From: Obrimoposthia wandeli
Lineage: Eukaryota
Direction of reading: 5' to 3'
Assembly: GCA_977020255.1 (NCBI GenBank)
Contig: CDROCS010001548.1
Coordinates: 372,001-436,000, forward strand
Length of the DNA: 64,000 nucleotides
Notes under the pieces: model-generated
What the model saw: only the letters and a program-made list of their open reading frames with translations
Databases searched by the model: none
Told to the model about the DNA's origin: nothing
Shown: positions 14,701-28,749 of the stretch, in pieces
Numbering within the stretch: position 1 is the first letter of the stretch
How the letters are laid out: each line of letters begins with the position of its first letter
Made by a program: the position numbers and the translations under genes

Positions 14701-17700
14701 GATGAGATAATGAGGTTTTGTGAGAGGTCTTTTTTACATAGCAAAGCAAAGATCGTAAAGATCAAAACTGGCCAACTAATTAATAACACAAAACTTCCTC
14801 TATAATGAAAATAATTTATAATACATTTCTTTATCGGATGTAGATATTGAAGAGATATTTATGGAAACTGATGTTACAGAAACATACTATGAAATAGCGA
14901 TTTCTAGAAAACCTTTCGCGATTTATTTCGCGAAATATTTGATTCACAATTGCAACAATGGAATCTAATTGAAACCAAGTATTTCATGTGTTCGTAACAG
15001 ATTTTACCGAACAATTAATTGTTGTAACTGAATATATTTTTGCAAATCGTTATTTTGTGTATAAAATGAGTTTTCTGATCATGTCGGTTAATTGAAATAC
15101 TGACTAAATATAAAATATAAAATTTATTATTTATTACACAGTCTAATTACATCAAAGCATAAAGGTAAAAAATAAGATAATTGAATATCATTTGAGAAAT
15201 AGAGTATTTATCTTTTCAATTATATTACTTATATGTTACATAATCTTTCCTTTGTCTCTAGCTGAAATTTGCTATTCATATTTTAACTAATGGTTTGTAG
15301 AAATTTTATATGAAATAATTTAGTCTGGAAACCCTTTCAACAAAACTAACATTTCAGGTCACTCCATGAAACTCCTGTGAAACTCTTCAGAAGCTTTTCC
15401 ATTTCTTCAAGATTTGCAATATTTGTTTCAATGAAACCCATCAATTTCACCGAATCTCCACCATTTCTATCAAATAAAATAAATTAAAATATAAATATTA
15501 TAAAAATAATCTGATTACTAAGGCTTTTAATTGTTTTAAAGAAATTGCAAGGCCCACACCTGTATCCAGCAAAATGGGCTCTGCTTTCTAATCGAGCTGT
15601 GCTTTCCTTATAGGGAGGAGGGAGGGTGAACAAAATGGCCTTCAAATGTCTATGGTACGGCATAAGTTAAGAATCATGCAGGTAAAGCTGTTCACAATTC
15701 TTTGTAAAATTTATGAATATGTCATTTAATTATGTAGAGAAGATTTACAAAATAAATTCGATAAAATATTCTTCTGAAATAAAACTGAAACTCACTGTGA
15801 TGATAGTAAAGAAGTGAAATTTATGTTTAATTTGGCGAATTCTGCTGCAATTTTGGAAATCAATGCCTGTTGATCTTTCGGGAGAAATGGCATCCCTTGA
15901 AGAGTGTTATTTACTGCTGTCAGAATCATCATGGTGTATGTTTTATCTGGAATAAAATATAAAATTTAAAGCTGTTAATATGGTTTTATTTGTGTACTTG
16001 GTCGGTAATTTGGGAAATTAAACTAAATATATATTAAAAAAATTATTTTTGTATTATATTTATATTAAATAATTTAAATATTAGTCGACAAACATAATGA
16101 AACTCTATTTAAAATCTGAAAAATGTATAGAACAAAACCAATTCTGCAGTTTTTTCATTGTTTTATAAGCAGCCTTCATTGGCCAAATCATCCAGTCACA
16201 CCAAGCAAGAGTCCCAAGGTAATCTTAATATTCTTATTCTTAGTATTCTTCCATTTGTAGTTTTAAAAATCTTTATGGATAAAATCAAATTTAAATAGTT
16301 TCGAAAAATGTTTTCAGCAAATTTGTCCGTTTTCAATTGGAACTCCGAAAAACCTCAATCAAAAGTATAGAGGTTAATAATTTGAAAGTATTATTAAATT
16401 GGATTTTTTTTCGTTTTCAAATAAAGTTGTTTAAGTGATTAATTTATAAATTTAAATTAATAAGATTTTTTTAAAACATAATTTCAACAGCTAATTTTCT
16501 GCAGAGTAGTGTATTTTTAGGCAGATACAAATATTCATTTCGTATCTACTTTTGCAAAATCATATTCTGTATTTTTGGGAAGAATCCAACTAATCCTCTT
16601 TGGCTACTTCATGCAGAGTTCTCTTCATCAACCAATACAGCAACCGTATATATCAACTTTAAGATGTGTATCATTTTAAAGTGTTTCAATATATTTTGGT
16701 CACTGCAGCAAATGCGAATACACGCTTCTCCAATGATATCCAACGTTTTCATTCTTCTTTCAGTCATTTTTTCACTAAAAATGTTTTTTAATTATTACAT
16801 TTTCAATTTTAGCTTATTTTATTAAATATTTTTTAATGGTTTTTCATTGAATATTTCTTATTTTAGGTAAATTAATATGAAAATTATGGAAACTATTTAA
16901 ATTGAACAAAAAGTTCGCTAGGACATTAAAAATTGTATTATAATAAACAATACCGCTTTCAGCGAAATTTTTAAATGTCATCAATAACTGAATAAATATA
17001 CTCACTGAAAATATTTGTCATCGGCGTCAAAAAGTTAACTAAATGTACAAAAATTTAAATATGCATATAAAAAGAAAATTATCAAATAAAACATATCTGT
17101 AAAATATTTTTATTTATAAACACTTATAAGCTAATTTGTTTCCTTAAATTATGGGTAGTTAAAAATCATGTTTCTAGCTACATTGAAATAATTTCTTTGC
17201 ATATTAGATGATGTATTTGGAATAGATTGGCCAATTGCAGATTTTGGTGCTCACGAAGTTTATCTTTGTTGTTTAACGTAACTGATGGGGTGAGCTAGTA
17301 TTCTTGTTTAGCTGCATTGTATTTACTTAATCCTTCATTACAAGACTCAAAAAGATTAAAAGGTCGCGTTTGTTTGGAAATTCGACATTCCTTTTACCCG
17401 TTATGAAAATTATCAAAGGAAATCTGTTTTGGTGCCTATAACTGCAGAAACAAAACAAAGCGGAAATAATGAGAAAAGGGTAATTTAACTACTGAGATTG
17501 TCTCAGCTTCGTACCAATCTGATCTTACACCACATTGTCTATATAATCAATATAAATAATATTCACATATGAAGTTTGAAATATGAGTACCCTAAAAATG
17601 AAAATTTCAGAACAATGTGTGTATTTAAGATGTTAGTGCGATGCGTGTTTCTCTTCATTGTTTCTCATTCTTTTTAAATATTGTAAGAAAACCTTTTAAT

Positions 17701-20700
17701 GTATTAAATTGGATATTCCAATTCTGTCTAGCTAAAATTTAAACTAAATTAAAAAACTTATAATTATCGATTTGTTTTATTTTAAAATACTTGGAAACTT
17801 AGTTGCTTTTAAAAGGAGAGCGTGGTAATCATTTAACAATAGACCAAATAGGGTGTGGTCATAAAATCTATGTAAAAAAACTAAATATTCATTTAGTTTA
17901 TGTAAGCAAATAAAGATTGCTTTTTAGCAAAGCAACATTGAGATAAAACCATTTTAATTTTTTAAAAATGTAGAAGAAATAAGGGGTCAGAAATACATTG
18001 AAATCTCTCACCATTTAGAAGTGGGATTATTGAATCTAAAAATAATCGTAAAATTTATTGTATATATAAAATAGTTACTTATATCAAATTTTATTCCTGC
18101 TGAAAGACTCTTCAGTATCTGCGTCACAGTATTATTTATTGATGTTGGATCTGAAATTGTGGTAAGAATAGCCATGCTGATATTTCTGAAGATCATTCCG
18201 TTTGCTTCAATCATTTGATTGCTAAAGACAAATAGTTTTACAATAAATAAACATTTATTCACTTCAACGTATTTCCCAAAATTTTGATAAAGCCATCGGT
18301 TGAAGTAATTATTTCTCTCAAAACATTTTCTGGTAAACCCATCATGGGATTGTTGGGATCTGTTCCGATCATTGAAGACGGAAATTTCATGATCGCATTG
18401 AGATTGAGATTCTGAGCCAACACTAATCCTTTTGCTAAATCGAAATAAGAAGCACAAGTAAGTTAGGGTTTCTTAAGGCATAGAAGTATATGTTACAAAA
18501 CGTGTGTCTTATATAATCTATTAAATAAAATATCTTTCCTGAAATTAAATTTATTGTGATATATTTTTAAATATTTTAATAAACTGTAACGAAATCTTTT
18601 ATAACTTAAAAAATACTTAATCCTTGGTTATTCTATATCAGCTTATTTAATAAAAAAAATTATGTTTAAATAATAGTGCTACAAAATTAGTAAGTATTCT
18701 TATTATATTTTTATATAGTTATCAGAAATGCCACAAAACCTATCTTACCGAAGAGAGAAATTGTGAAATTGCTGCATGAAAAGAAAAAAAGTGTACCAAA
18801 TCTTTAAAGAAACAATCAGTCCAATGTGATTGTTGAGATGCATGTTAAAGTGGCAGCTGATTATGGTGCAGCTATAAAAAAAAGACAAAAGTATATTTAA
18901 AAGATAAGCGAGTCATCCAAAAACTGGGAATTTAACAGTCTATTACACAGCCTGTTGTAGTCATAAATGGCGATGGAACAGTATTTTCAAAATAAACAGT
19001 ATACATATCAGTATTCGTTGAGAAATAAATTATTCAACGGCTATCATCACAATCACTCGATTTACTAACACTATAATGTAACCCATCTTAGTCCAAGAGT
19101 TACAAAGCGGCGACGGGAAAATATCAATATTGAACTTTTGAACTGGCTACGACTACCAGACGTTATCAATAAAAAGGATCAGTTTTGAGTAAATAATTTC
19201 ATTGTTTAAGAATTTGTATTAAAACTAACTCATCAGTACATATGGTTATTCTACGATATATTATAAAACGTAACAGTATTTCAAAGACCGAGAAAACTAT
19301 TATTATTTTTATTTTAGTGCAACATATGTAAATTTCATTCTGTGTTTCAAAATAATGTAGCACTCAAAATATTACAAAATCGTCTAAATTATTTTTTCAA
19401 CAAAAAAATCTTTAAACTTAAATCAATTATCCAATTAATAATTAAAATAAAAGTTGGTAAAATTAATTTATAAAGTAATGAATACTGTACCTCTTAAATC
19501 AGTCCACGACAAGCCTGTCAAACTTTGTAAAAGTTTCTCCATTTCTGCCAGACTCGATATATTTGTCCTTATAACTCCCAAAACCTTCATTGGATCTCTA
19601 ATATTTCTAGAATAAAAATTCATATTAAAATATTAGCGTTAAAACTTTTATTGAAAATTAATTTGAATTTGTATTATTACAATAAAAAAATTGGTGTTTG
19701 TAAAGATTAATACAACAAAAAGGCTTTAGAATTAAATAAAACAATAAAAGATTTTGAGAGTTTTGGATAATATTTTAGATAAGCTGATGTATTAAAATGA
19801 AGAAAACAAGATCTTAAAATGGTTCTTAAATTGATAAATTCGATAGGAAACATATTTAGACAATTGTATAGCCTCAACTAAAAATTACAATTACAATTGA
19901 ACTTGTGTAAGTGGAATAAATATCCACGTAGAGAGAAATGGCACCAGATAAAAAACCCGATTAAAAATTGCATTGTGCAAAACATTTGTGAATTAAAATC
20001 TGATATGTTAGATAATTTCATGACTTTGTTTATCGTACTACAGAGGATAAGAATTCAAAAAAAAATTATCATATATAACTGGAAATATTGATGTAGCTGA
20101 AGTTTCTGCAATAACTCTGGGAGGGGTACTTTAAGAACCCGTTTACTTGATACAGTGATATTTGAATCTTTCCTAAGAAGGCTTATGCTTCTAAAAAGCT
20201 GTGTAAATGCAAATCGATGACTTTCTATTTATTATGCTGGTTTTGATTTTTTTTCTCGAATATAATACTTAGATAACCTAATATTAAAACAACTTTATTT
20301 ATTATTTCAAAATGAACAATATACCAAGGTAACATGCCTTTATGGATGCCAATATATCGATCCTCCAATTGAATTAATATCAAACATTTCCTATTGAAGA
20401 AGAAACTGAAGCACCATATTTATCAAGGGACACATATTGTGATTTGAAGGAAATATGTCAAATGATGAAGAGAATCAGTTAGAATTTGTACCTATTAGTG
20501 GTCCAAGTGGCACGTTTCTGAACATCGTGGCAAAAAGGTAAACATGAATATTTTGTTAGTAATTCTTAGAATCAGTCCCGGCTGAACTCATTGAACTGTT
20601 TCTGGATGTTTGTCGAAGAATCCATATATGAAGCACTTTGATTTACAAATGTGAAAGGTCATCGCAATATTACCGAATTCAACCATAACCTACTCGCGAA

Positions 20701-23700
20701 CAATTACAAACTATGGAAAGAAGTGACCCAAGGTGACTACATATAATCGCTGGGGAATATAAAGCTCAATTCGGATCGCTTGAAGATCATAAATCGATTA
20801 CAGAAGGTCATTCCATTTTCAGAGCAACGTCAAATCTTCAGAGATTCTATCAGCTGCAGAGAAAACAGAGATAATCCATTGGCTGCAACTAATAATCTTT
20901 TTAAAAGTTTGATCAATGCTCGATTAATTCAAGGCCCTAGAAGAAAACCTTTTTTATTGATGAACATACTAGAATTCCATGGACGCGTACAGTTCCCTCG
21001 GCATATTCCCAGTAAATCTGGAACAGTATTGGTATCCTTTTAGTACAAAAAATAAAGCCCATTTTGGTTGTTGACTTTGTTAACTTTGTAAAAGTGTGTG
21101 AAGTGCAATCAGAATTTCAGAAATCAACATATCCATTGCATTACAATGAAAATAAGTCAGTTGTAATCAGTTGTAATGAACAAAAACGTGTGGCACTAAA
21201 TTCCACTAATAGAAAATGTCAGCGTTAGCTTGTGTCATTATGTTTTATCTTTTGGATTTGACACTCGCGAAGACACCTTTCTCTTCATGATTGAGCGTCG
21301 CAATATCGATACGCAACAGTGTAAAACTTACCAGGCAATATTCATGAAAGAGATTGGATACGGTATGGGGCACAATTTAGAGCACTGCCTCAAAGATGAT
21401 CAAATTAGCATGTAAATTATGTGAATATAAACTATTCCTACAAACAGAACCAAACGAACAAGAATACATATATACAAATACTGGAAGCTATAATGTGCTC
21501 CATTCACTCTAAAGAATGATGTTTCACATAAACAAGTTCGACTGTAATTTCTATTTTTATTCTAATTTTGTAGCAAGTAGCTGTTTTTTACAAATTTAAT
21601 TTTAGTACGAGTTTTTGTACACATAATATTGTCAATTTTGTTTCTCTTATAAATAGAAAATTAAAGTACTTTTTCTTATTATTTATTATCGGTTGTAGAG
21701 ATTCTAATACGTATATCAATATAAGTCATAATTATAAAGTTTCAAAATTTTAACACCAGTAGAATATCAAAAATAACTCATTGCAATATATCCAAAGCAT
21801 CAAAATTGTGAAAAGTCACATAATTTTTGTAAATGAGCCTAAATTTTGTGCCCCATACATTTCCAATTAAGTTTTTGTCTGAGGAATTTGCAGGCCAGGC
21901 TAAAGTTCATATTTGTTTTTGAAACCAACTTGTGACTATTATAACGATGTCACTGAATCCTGTTGAAATAGAAAATTTATCTTTGCATTATTAGTTTTAG
22001 AGCTTCTTTCTATATTTCTATATAACTTCTGGAATTTATAGTCTCTCGAATACTAACGCATGTTTTCATTCAGGTTCTGACTCCTCAAACAATAGTTCTT
22101 TGAGTATACCTTTTAATAGTTATGAATTTTCCTCCCAAGTCTTAGATCGTGAAAATAATACAGGTAGCAATTATGTCCATTCAGCGTAAAACACTAAATG
22201 TAATAGAATCTGTAAAATTCTAACTAATTCTGACTAACCCTCTTTTATCGTTCAATGAGAGCATCTTATTTAAATAATTTATTTGAAAATCTATAGGCTT
22301 TTCTCAAGTTTTGACTACGTTTGAATACGAGAATGTCATTGGATAAAAAAAAATTCGAAAATTTTACTTCGTATATTTTGTTGGCTAAGTTCAATCTGCA
22401 ATGAGAGTGAATTATTCAAATAATTTATAGTTTTTGTCTAAGTATGTCCCAATAATTTATTCTAAATATGAGTTAAAAATAGACTTTATGAATTCGTAAT
22501 GACACGAGATATACATGTGTAGTTATAATAGTGAGATGTGTAGATAGATAAAGTTAATGAAAAAATGCTATAGCGCCCGGAGGGCGCGACTTGTAGTAGC
22601 TCCGAAGTGGGAGGGTACAAGGATTTCGCCCCTGAAAAGGCGAAAAAGGTTTTGGTGGTGGACCCCCTCAATTCCTTGTTTTTTTCAAAATTTCATTCTA
22701 CACACACGCACGCTTTTAAAGGACAGTGGTAACCCCTGCTGACATCTATTAGGTCCATTCAGCGTAAAACACTTTTCGTCACTAAACGAATCTTTAAAAT
22801 TCCAATATTCTTAAACACATTTTCACTAATATAACATTCTTTATGGATTGTGGTCTAAAAACGTTTCAATTCAGATATTTAATATTTACATATTCTCTTT
22901 CACTAACTTCTTTACTCAATCATATTGTGGCTTTCTTCCTGCTTTACATCGCTACATGTCATACATAAAGGATCACAAACCAATTTACTGATTACAATAG
23001 GGCTTCTATCGATGTATTTCCCAATTTGTCTAAAACTGCAAATTATCATAATTTAAGTAACCATTTTTTTCTATATCAAAAGAGTTTTATATTTGTAAAA
23101 ATTGAGTTAATAGACATAGTCAAAACTTACTTCAAATATCAAAATGATTTTATAAATATGAATCACTTCTAAAAACTGTCTATTTGTGTTTCTATTGAAA
23201 TGCATACGACTTACTTCATATATTACTTCAAATAAAATTTTTAAAATAAAATAATAAATATTTATATTTTATAACAAGTGGAAATAATGTATAAAATATA
23301 AGTATAATAGTAATATTCCGGTAATATTAATTATATCGACTTACTCGGCTAAAGAGAGAAAAGAAGTAAAATTTATATTTAATTTCGCAAATTCTTCTGC
23401 AAATTGTGAAACTGCATTCTGAAAATCCTTTTGTAGAAATGGCATTTGCTGAAGAGTGTTATTCAGCGTTTTCAGTATCATCAGTGTATAAGTTTTGGCT
23501 AAAAATATTTAAATACATTTAAAAAATCAAATTATAAATTGATTATTGATAATTGTAATTTGACATGACAAAACACAAGCTATATAGACCTTAAATACTA
23601 CGTATAACAAAATAACTTAAATACAACACATTATCATAAATTAACATTTAAGATTTAATTATCAATATTTGTATAATTGTTTAAATTCCTCAATAACTAA

Positions 23701-26700
23701 TAAATTGTTTAAAAATATTGGGTAGTATTCGACAGTATTCCTCAGTGAATTTTAATTTTTTTAATAGAAATAAAATGAAATAGGTCACCTATTTTATTAT
23801 TTTAATATTTAATATTTAGCAGAAAATGTATTAAATATATAAGTTAATTAGACATTAGTTATGAAAATCTTTCCAATTTATGAATGTAATGTAATTAGAT
23901 TTTTAGAAATTTATTTCATTAAATAAATTACAATTAATGTTATTTATTCTAAATAAGTAAAATTGAACATTTATTTCTCTATCAGTCAAAAATTAATTTG
24001 TATTAAGTTTGTTAATATGCAAAATATTATTATATTAAAAAAATTATTTGAGACTTAAATACTTGAACGTTTATCATATACTGAAAATGTAGGCATAAAT
24101 TTAAAATAAATATATATATTTAATATAAATTTCTATATTTAGAGATAACGCATAAAGATAGTATTAATATTTTATTAGAAATATATAAATTTTATACATC
24201 ATTGTAAGCCGAAGCAGTCCACGCATTCGACGGCCAATTGCATAAAAGTTAGAAGTAAATCTTCTTTTGGTGGACTTTTATGTTTCATTTTCTATATTTT
24301 GGACCATAAAGACATTTACAAAACCTTTCTACATGAATAAGAGCCATGTCTTTCAATGTTTTGAAAATACCTATCGCCTTCTTCGTCCGCTTTTCAGTGG
24401 TTATATATTCAAGCGCCATATTGACAAATTAAAATGATTAAAAAACATATGACTATTTTAATGCATACGGATTATTATCATACAAAATGTATTCCAAAAA
24501 TTTCTAAACTTATTTTAATGATTTTACACATAAAATTGAGATAAAAATAAATGGTAAAACATTCAAAAATAAAGTTTTAACTTCTTTGAATAAATTGTTT
24601 TAATAATACTTAATTATTTTTGTAAATATTTAGCGCCAAATTTAAAAGTAAGGAATACTGTCGAATACTGCCAAATATTTTGCACATATAATTGTACTAC
24701 GCAGTAAACAATGAACTTCATACAGCAACTGTAATGAAATATATAAAGTATTTCAAAGTAATGAGTAATCAAAATTTAATAACTAACACTAAAATTTTTA
24801 CTTTCAGTAAGACAAAGTTACGCCAAAAAGACAACTTAAAACGATGTTTCAATAATATGATTTAAATATATTTTTTTAAATTGGTAAAACTGTTTTTGTT
24901 AAAAAGCACTTTTGCTTAAATTATGTAATAAACATTTGTAATATTTTTTGAGCAGAATTAATATTTCGGGTTAAAGTTTAATGAACGGAAAAATATTTTC
25001 TAATATTAATTGTTATTGAAGTATATGTTGCAATTTACCAACGCTTTAATCTACTGTGTATATTCATTGACGTCATCATTTTATGTCCTAATGTACATTT
25101 TAAAATGTGCATAGTGTGAAGTGTGATTAAAATTAAAATTAAAAAATCTTATACTTTCGTACCTATTACACACCATTTTTAATTAATTATTGCGTTTGTG
25201 TGCATCTGATTGACAAGACGTTTTTTGTTGATTTGTATCTGCTTATTCATTTCTACTTTTTTTTCAAGTTATAAAATACTTTTTTATAGATTTCAAATGC
25301 CTTAATAAGGTATATTATAGCCAGAATCTCGTTTATAAATTCTTTTTAATTGTTTTTAATTTTAAATATAAATAATACCTACTTTGATGTGAGCATAATT
25401 TATCAATTTACAGTTTGATGAACAATTTTAATTCGAATAATTATACACAGAAACCATAGATAAAATTATACATATAATGTGATATAGAAAATACTAATAA
25501 TGTATAAACAGTGAAAATACAATATTTATTTCAATGAATTGTAAATTATAATTTTTTTAAAAGTGTTAACCTCAATATTTATTCACAATAATTTTCACCG
25601 CTTTCATCTTACAACTTTTATATATTAAAATAAATTATTTTTTATATAATTTCTGTTGCCTACTGCTTTGGCTTTGAAAATAAAACCTACAAATCTCAAA
25701 TAAACTTTATAGTGTGTCATACACGCATACTTATCTTTATAAAGGTCATAGATGAGTTGAACAAATACCATTCGAGTTGGATTCATGCCACATCGTCAAT
25801 TCTGATTGACAAAAAATCAAACAGCGTAACCAATTAAAGTTTTAGAATAAATTGAGGACATTATATTGGATTTAAATGCAATTTAATAAAATTTAGAAGT
25901 GTTCATTATAAAAAAAATTCCCCATTGAAATAAAATTATACACAAATTATAATTTAGTGATTGCAAATTTTTGTAGAAAGAAATTAGAATTTATAGTTTT
26001 ATAAGTTGTCAAATAAAGGTTTCTTAATCAAATTATATTTTAACACTAAATTTACAAGTGTACAAAATATGCCATTCGTTAAATGGTGGTTTATGACAAA
26101 ATTGGAACATATATATTGTATACACGCCATATATACCACCTGAAAATAAGAAAAATAGTTCCATAAAAAGTTATTTTATATCTATTGATGCTCTTGCAAT
26201 ATTGACTCTGGTTGCTTATGTAATTAAACCTTAATATGCTCCACAAACACCCCATAAACTTCCACAACTATTTCACATAATTTATCATAACAATGGTTGG
26301 TAAATAATTTTCATTTTTAAATACTAGTACTATACTTTATAATACACTCTACTTTTAAAAATATCTAGACATATACAATAACCCTCTTAGACATTTATAC
26401 CGTAATTAGCTACGTCAATCTACTAGACAGACAAATATAGGATCAGAAATTTGATGAAAGTTTAATAAAAATGTTTTGGACTCACTATTCTGGTTTTTAA
26501 ATCATTAAAAATTTGAATAAATATCGTTACCATACAATGAAAATTACAGTATAAAATATTAATCACAACTTTTGTATAATTTATCAGTTTAAAAAGAGAA
26601 GTTCTTCTTAACCCATGGATATATTTATATAATTTGTGTTAAAAATAATAAACAACAAAACTTACTCAAACTATCTGATGAAGAAATCGGTATTGACACT

Positions 26701-26883
26701 GAATAAAATAATTAACAAATAATCAAAATATAATAAAAAATCTATCAGCTATTAATTGAAAGTAAATTACTCCATTCTATTAGTCATTTATTAATTTTTA
26801 CACAATTAAATAAAGAACTTACTCGAATAATTTGATGAAAAAACTGTTGACAAACAAAAAAGTAATATGAATATAATTTTCAT
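5943..26883 (-). CDS. Multi-exon gene for an uncharacterised secreted, N-glycosylated tandem-repeat protein (3' end not located; some exons between 26666 and 23498 may be missed)
   Basis: Exon 26883-26823 encodes MKIIFILLFCLSTVFSSNYS (signal peptide, GTAAGT donor); exon 26698-26666; then three cassettes of exons 23498-23345, 19606-19491, 18434-18263, 18221-18079, 18035-18012 / 15946-15796, 15466-15351, 14689-14527, 14481-14339, 14298-14275 / 8742-8592, 7998-7883, 6365-6194, 6154-6012, 5966-5943. All have AG acceptors and GT donors, compatible phases and no stops across all 15 cassette exons. Confidence 0.8.
6738..6900 (+). pseudogene. HMG-box (HMGB box A-like) fragment inside a host-gene intron
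   Basis: NRSAYACFVQECSK...NFSQLSKMCSSKWK resembles MSAYAFFVQTCREE...NFSEFSKKCSERWK; no second box seen. Confidence 0.65.
10230..11570 (-). mobile_element. Highly degraded non-LTR retrotransposon reverse-transcriptase-like relic
   Basis: Fragments KAFIQHTTHDKV (cf. KAFDxVxHxKL), LDDV (cf. YADD) and EDPGKA (cf. KAPGxD) in roughly the expected order amid many stops; weak. Confidence 0.35.
12270..12690 (-). pseudogene. hsp60: Intronless, internally deleted HSP60/chaperonin-60 pseudogene
   Basis: [22 protein letters not shown]...IVHDVA, TITVNVDNIIGNAMKKM and DELEFIEGLEFDGGFTSPHFI match successive Cpn60 motifs ([47 protein letters not shown]); stops and deletions present. Confidence 0.85.
13989..14056 (+). 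other. tRNA-derived sequence (tRNA pseudogene or SINE head)
   Basis: A-box-like TAGTTTAGTGGTAGAATG and B-box-like GGTTCTATTCC at tRNA spacing; acceptor and anticodon stems do not pair well. Confidence 0.55.
14275..15946 (-). CDS. Host gene repeat cassette 2 (exons A-E)
   Basis: Paralogous exons of 151/116/163/143/24 nt, phases matching cassette 1. Confidence 0.8.
18012..23498 (-). CDS. Host gene repeat cassette 1 (exons A-E)
   Basis: KTYTLMILKTLNNTLQQMPFLQKD...KLNINFTS | NIRDPMKVLG...GLSWTDLR | KGLVLAQNLNLNA...ILGNTL | NQMIEANGMIFRNISM... | NSIIPLLNG. Confidence 0.8.
20720..21040 (+). mobile_element. LINE apurinic-endonuclease (APE) domain relic
   Basis: LHIIAGEYKAQFG (cf. IILGDFNAQIG) followed by CRENRDNPLAATNNLFK (cf. 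FCxxNxLxITNTFF); frameshifted. Confidence 0.45.
22175..22773. repeat. Perfect 21-bp direct repeat (GTCCATTCAGCGTAAAACACT) flanking a 557-bp segment
   Basis: Copies at 22175-22195 and 22753-22773; the interior contains a GC-rich patch at ~22570-22740. Confidence 0.8.
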
Positions 26884-28749
26884 GTTTAAAATTGTACGTG
26901 AGTAATTGAAGAATACGATTCTTAAATAGGCTTTTGGATTGAACAATTTGAAGAAATACTAAACATTAACTTCTAAAAATAGCTTGACATATACGTGAAA
27001 TATTTCTTAATTATTTATACGATGCATTGTGTATCGTTAATCATAAAACTTAGTTGGTGAGTTGCATTGTAGTATTGTATGCTTTAGAGAATATCAGTAT
27101 AATTACATCTGTGGGGTTATAACTTATTGGAATCATATTCAGAATGTAATTATCAATAATAAATTATGTTTTAACATCTTATCATCTGAGCAGTGAAGTG
27201 TAACAATGATCAGTATGTGAATATGTCAGGTATAATCCACTCCCTCCACTCTCCTTTAAAATTGTGCATGTGTGTGGAGTGAAATTTCGTGGATGTATAA
27301 AAGTCTATACATGTCCTGAAACGTGTATACACCTTTCAACTGCACAAGTGCAGTTTACTGGCGATGAATGGTACGGTGGTCAAGGTGGGGAAATGAAATT
27401 GAAAAATTAAGCGCATAGGATACTTGCATTTCAACAAGAGCGATATCAAGCAGGTATTTGCAATTCTTGGCTTACCATTACCTTCTGAAATTCACCAATT
27501 TGTCTGCACGTGTGCCAACCGTGCTATACCATTGCCACTAAATCACTATATATGACTCTATGAATGATATAAAGTAACGTATAAGTGTTTTTAATACGTA
27601 ACCCCACCCCAACACCCTAAAATACTAATTAACCCCATTTAAGACCCCTTAACACTGAAAATCTCATAATGCTCCAACATAGTGAGGAAATGCCTGAGAA
27701 GCCATTTAAGGGCCAACGCCTGTCGGACGCGAATTCTTATTTCCATATAAGTATTTATATTCAGATACACTTACGTTTTTTCCTACATAATACTCACCCT
27801 CCAAATACGCACAGTCGACAAATACTACTATTTTTTAATATAATATTTTTTCTATCCAATGATATATATGCATTCAATCATCGTTAATAACTTCAGAAAA
27901 TACTATAGATTTTCAAATCAATTATTTGAATAATACGCTCTTATTGGACGTTGAACACAGTCAACAAAATCTTATCAAAATAGTACGATTTTCGAATAAT
28001 TTTACTTTATACAATGACATTCTGGCATTCAAACCTAATAAAAAACTTAAGAAAAGCCTATGGATTTTCAAATAATTTTTTTGAATAAGACACTCATAAA
28101 ACGATAAAATAGGGTTAGTCTGATGTTTGTGTATATAAGGAGACTTCTTTTCATTATTTTTCATAAATCAAAATCAACAGAATGCTTTTCTACAACAATG
28201 TCGACTTAGACAAAGATATAGAGGTTGAGCTGTATGGGAATCTCTCCAGCGAAGTCTGCACCGCTTTCCCATATTGGTAAGTTTCTCTGGATACAATCTC
28301 GATCAGCTGTCTCGGCATCTGATCCCCAGAGAATGACGCTGTTCTGCGTTTGCTCCACATCTCTCCGAGTCGCGCCTGTATGTTCGTCCATGGAGTCGAG
28401 TGTGCTGACAGTTCCACAGTACCAGCTTGCTCTCCTCCTCTTCCGTAGACACTGATCCCGTGACTCACTAGACATACACAGTGTTTTGTTTTCTCACTCT
28501 TCTGTGTCGTCTTTCACGTTTTGTGTTTGTACATATTGTGGTTTATTTTTGCCTCCTTGGCACTCAGGAAACTTATATACTACTCAACTCTGGTTGAGGA
28601 AAAAAATTATTATATATAATATATTTTGATCAAGCTGCTGCTCTCCTAGGAGATTTATAAATTTTTCAAATAGTTAATAAAGCTACTAGCATACTTACCC
28701 GACGGCATCCGTTACTAGGTAAAATTATATACAAAGATTTCATATTATA

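Noticed and set aside
18008-18457. ORF-track proteins at 18008-18457, 6179-6388 and 14523-14789
   Set aside because: Each is an off-frame or intron read-through of host-gene exons; the spliced model explains them.
18720-19200. Possible additional Tc1/mariner fragments (also ~4570-4700)
   Set aside because: Only vague similarity; no catalytic motif or TIR could be verified.
24230-24420. Possible FLYWCH/MULE zinc-finger start (MALEYITTEKRTKKAI...)
   Set aside because: Requires frameshifts, and the key Trp/Cys/His residues are not convincingly present.
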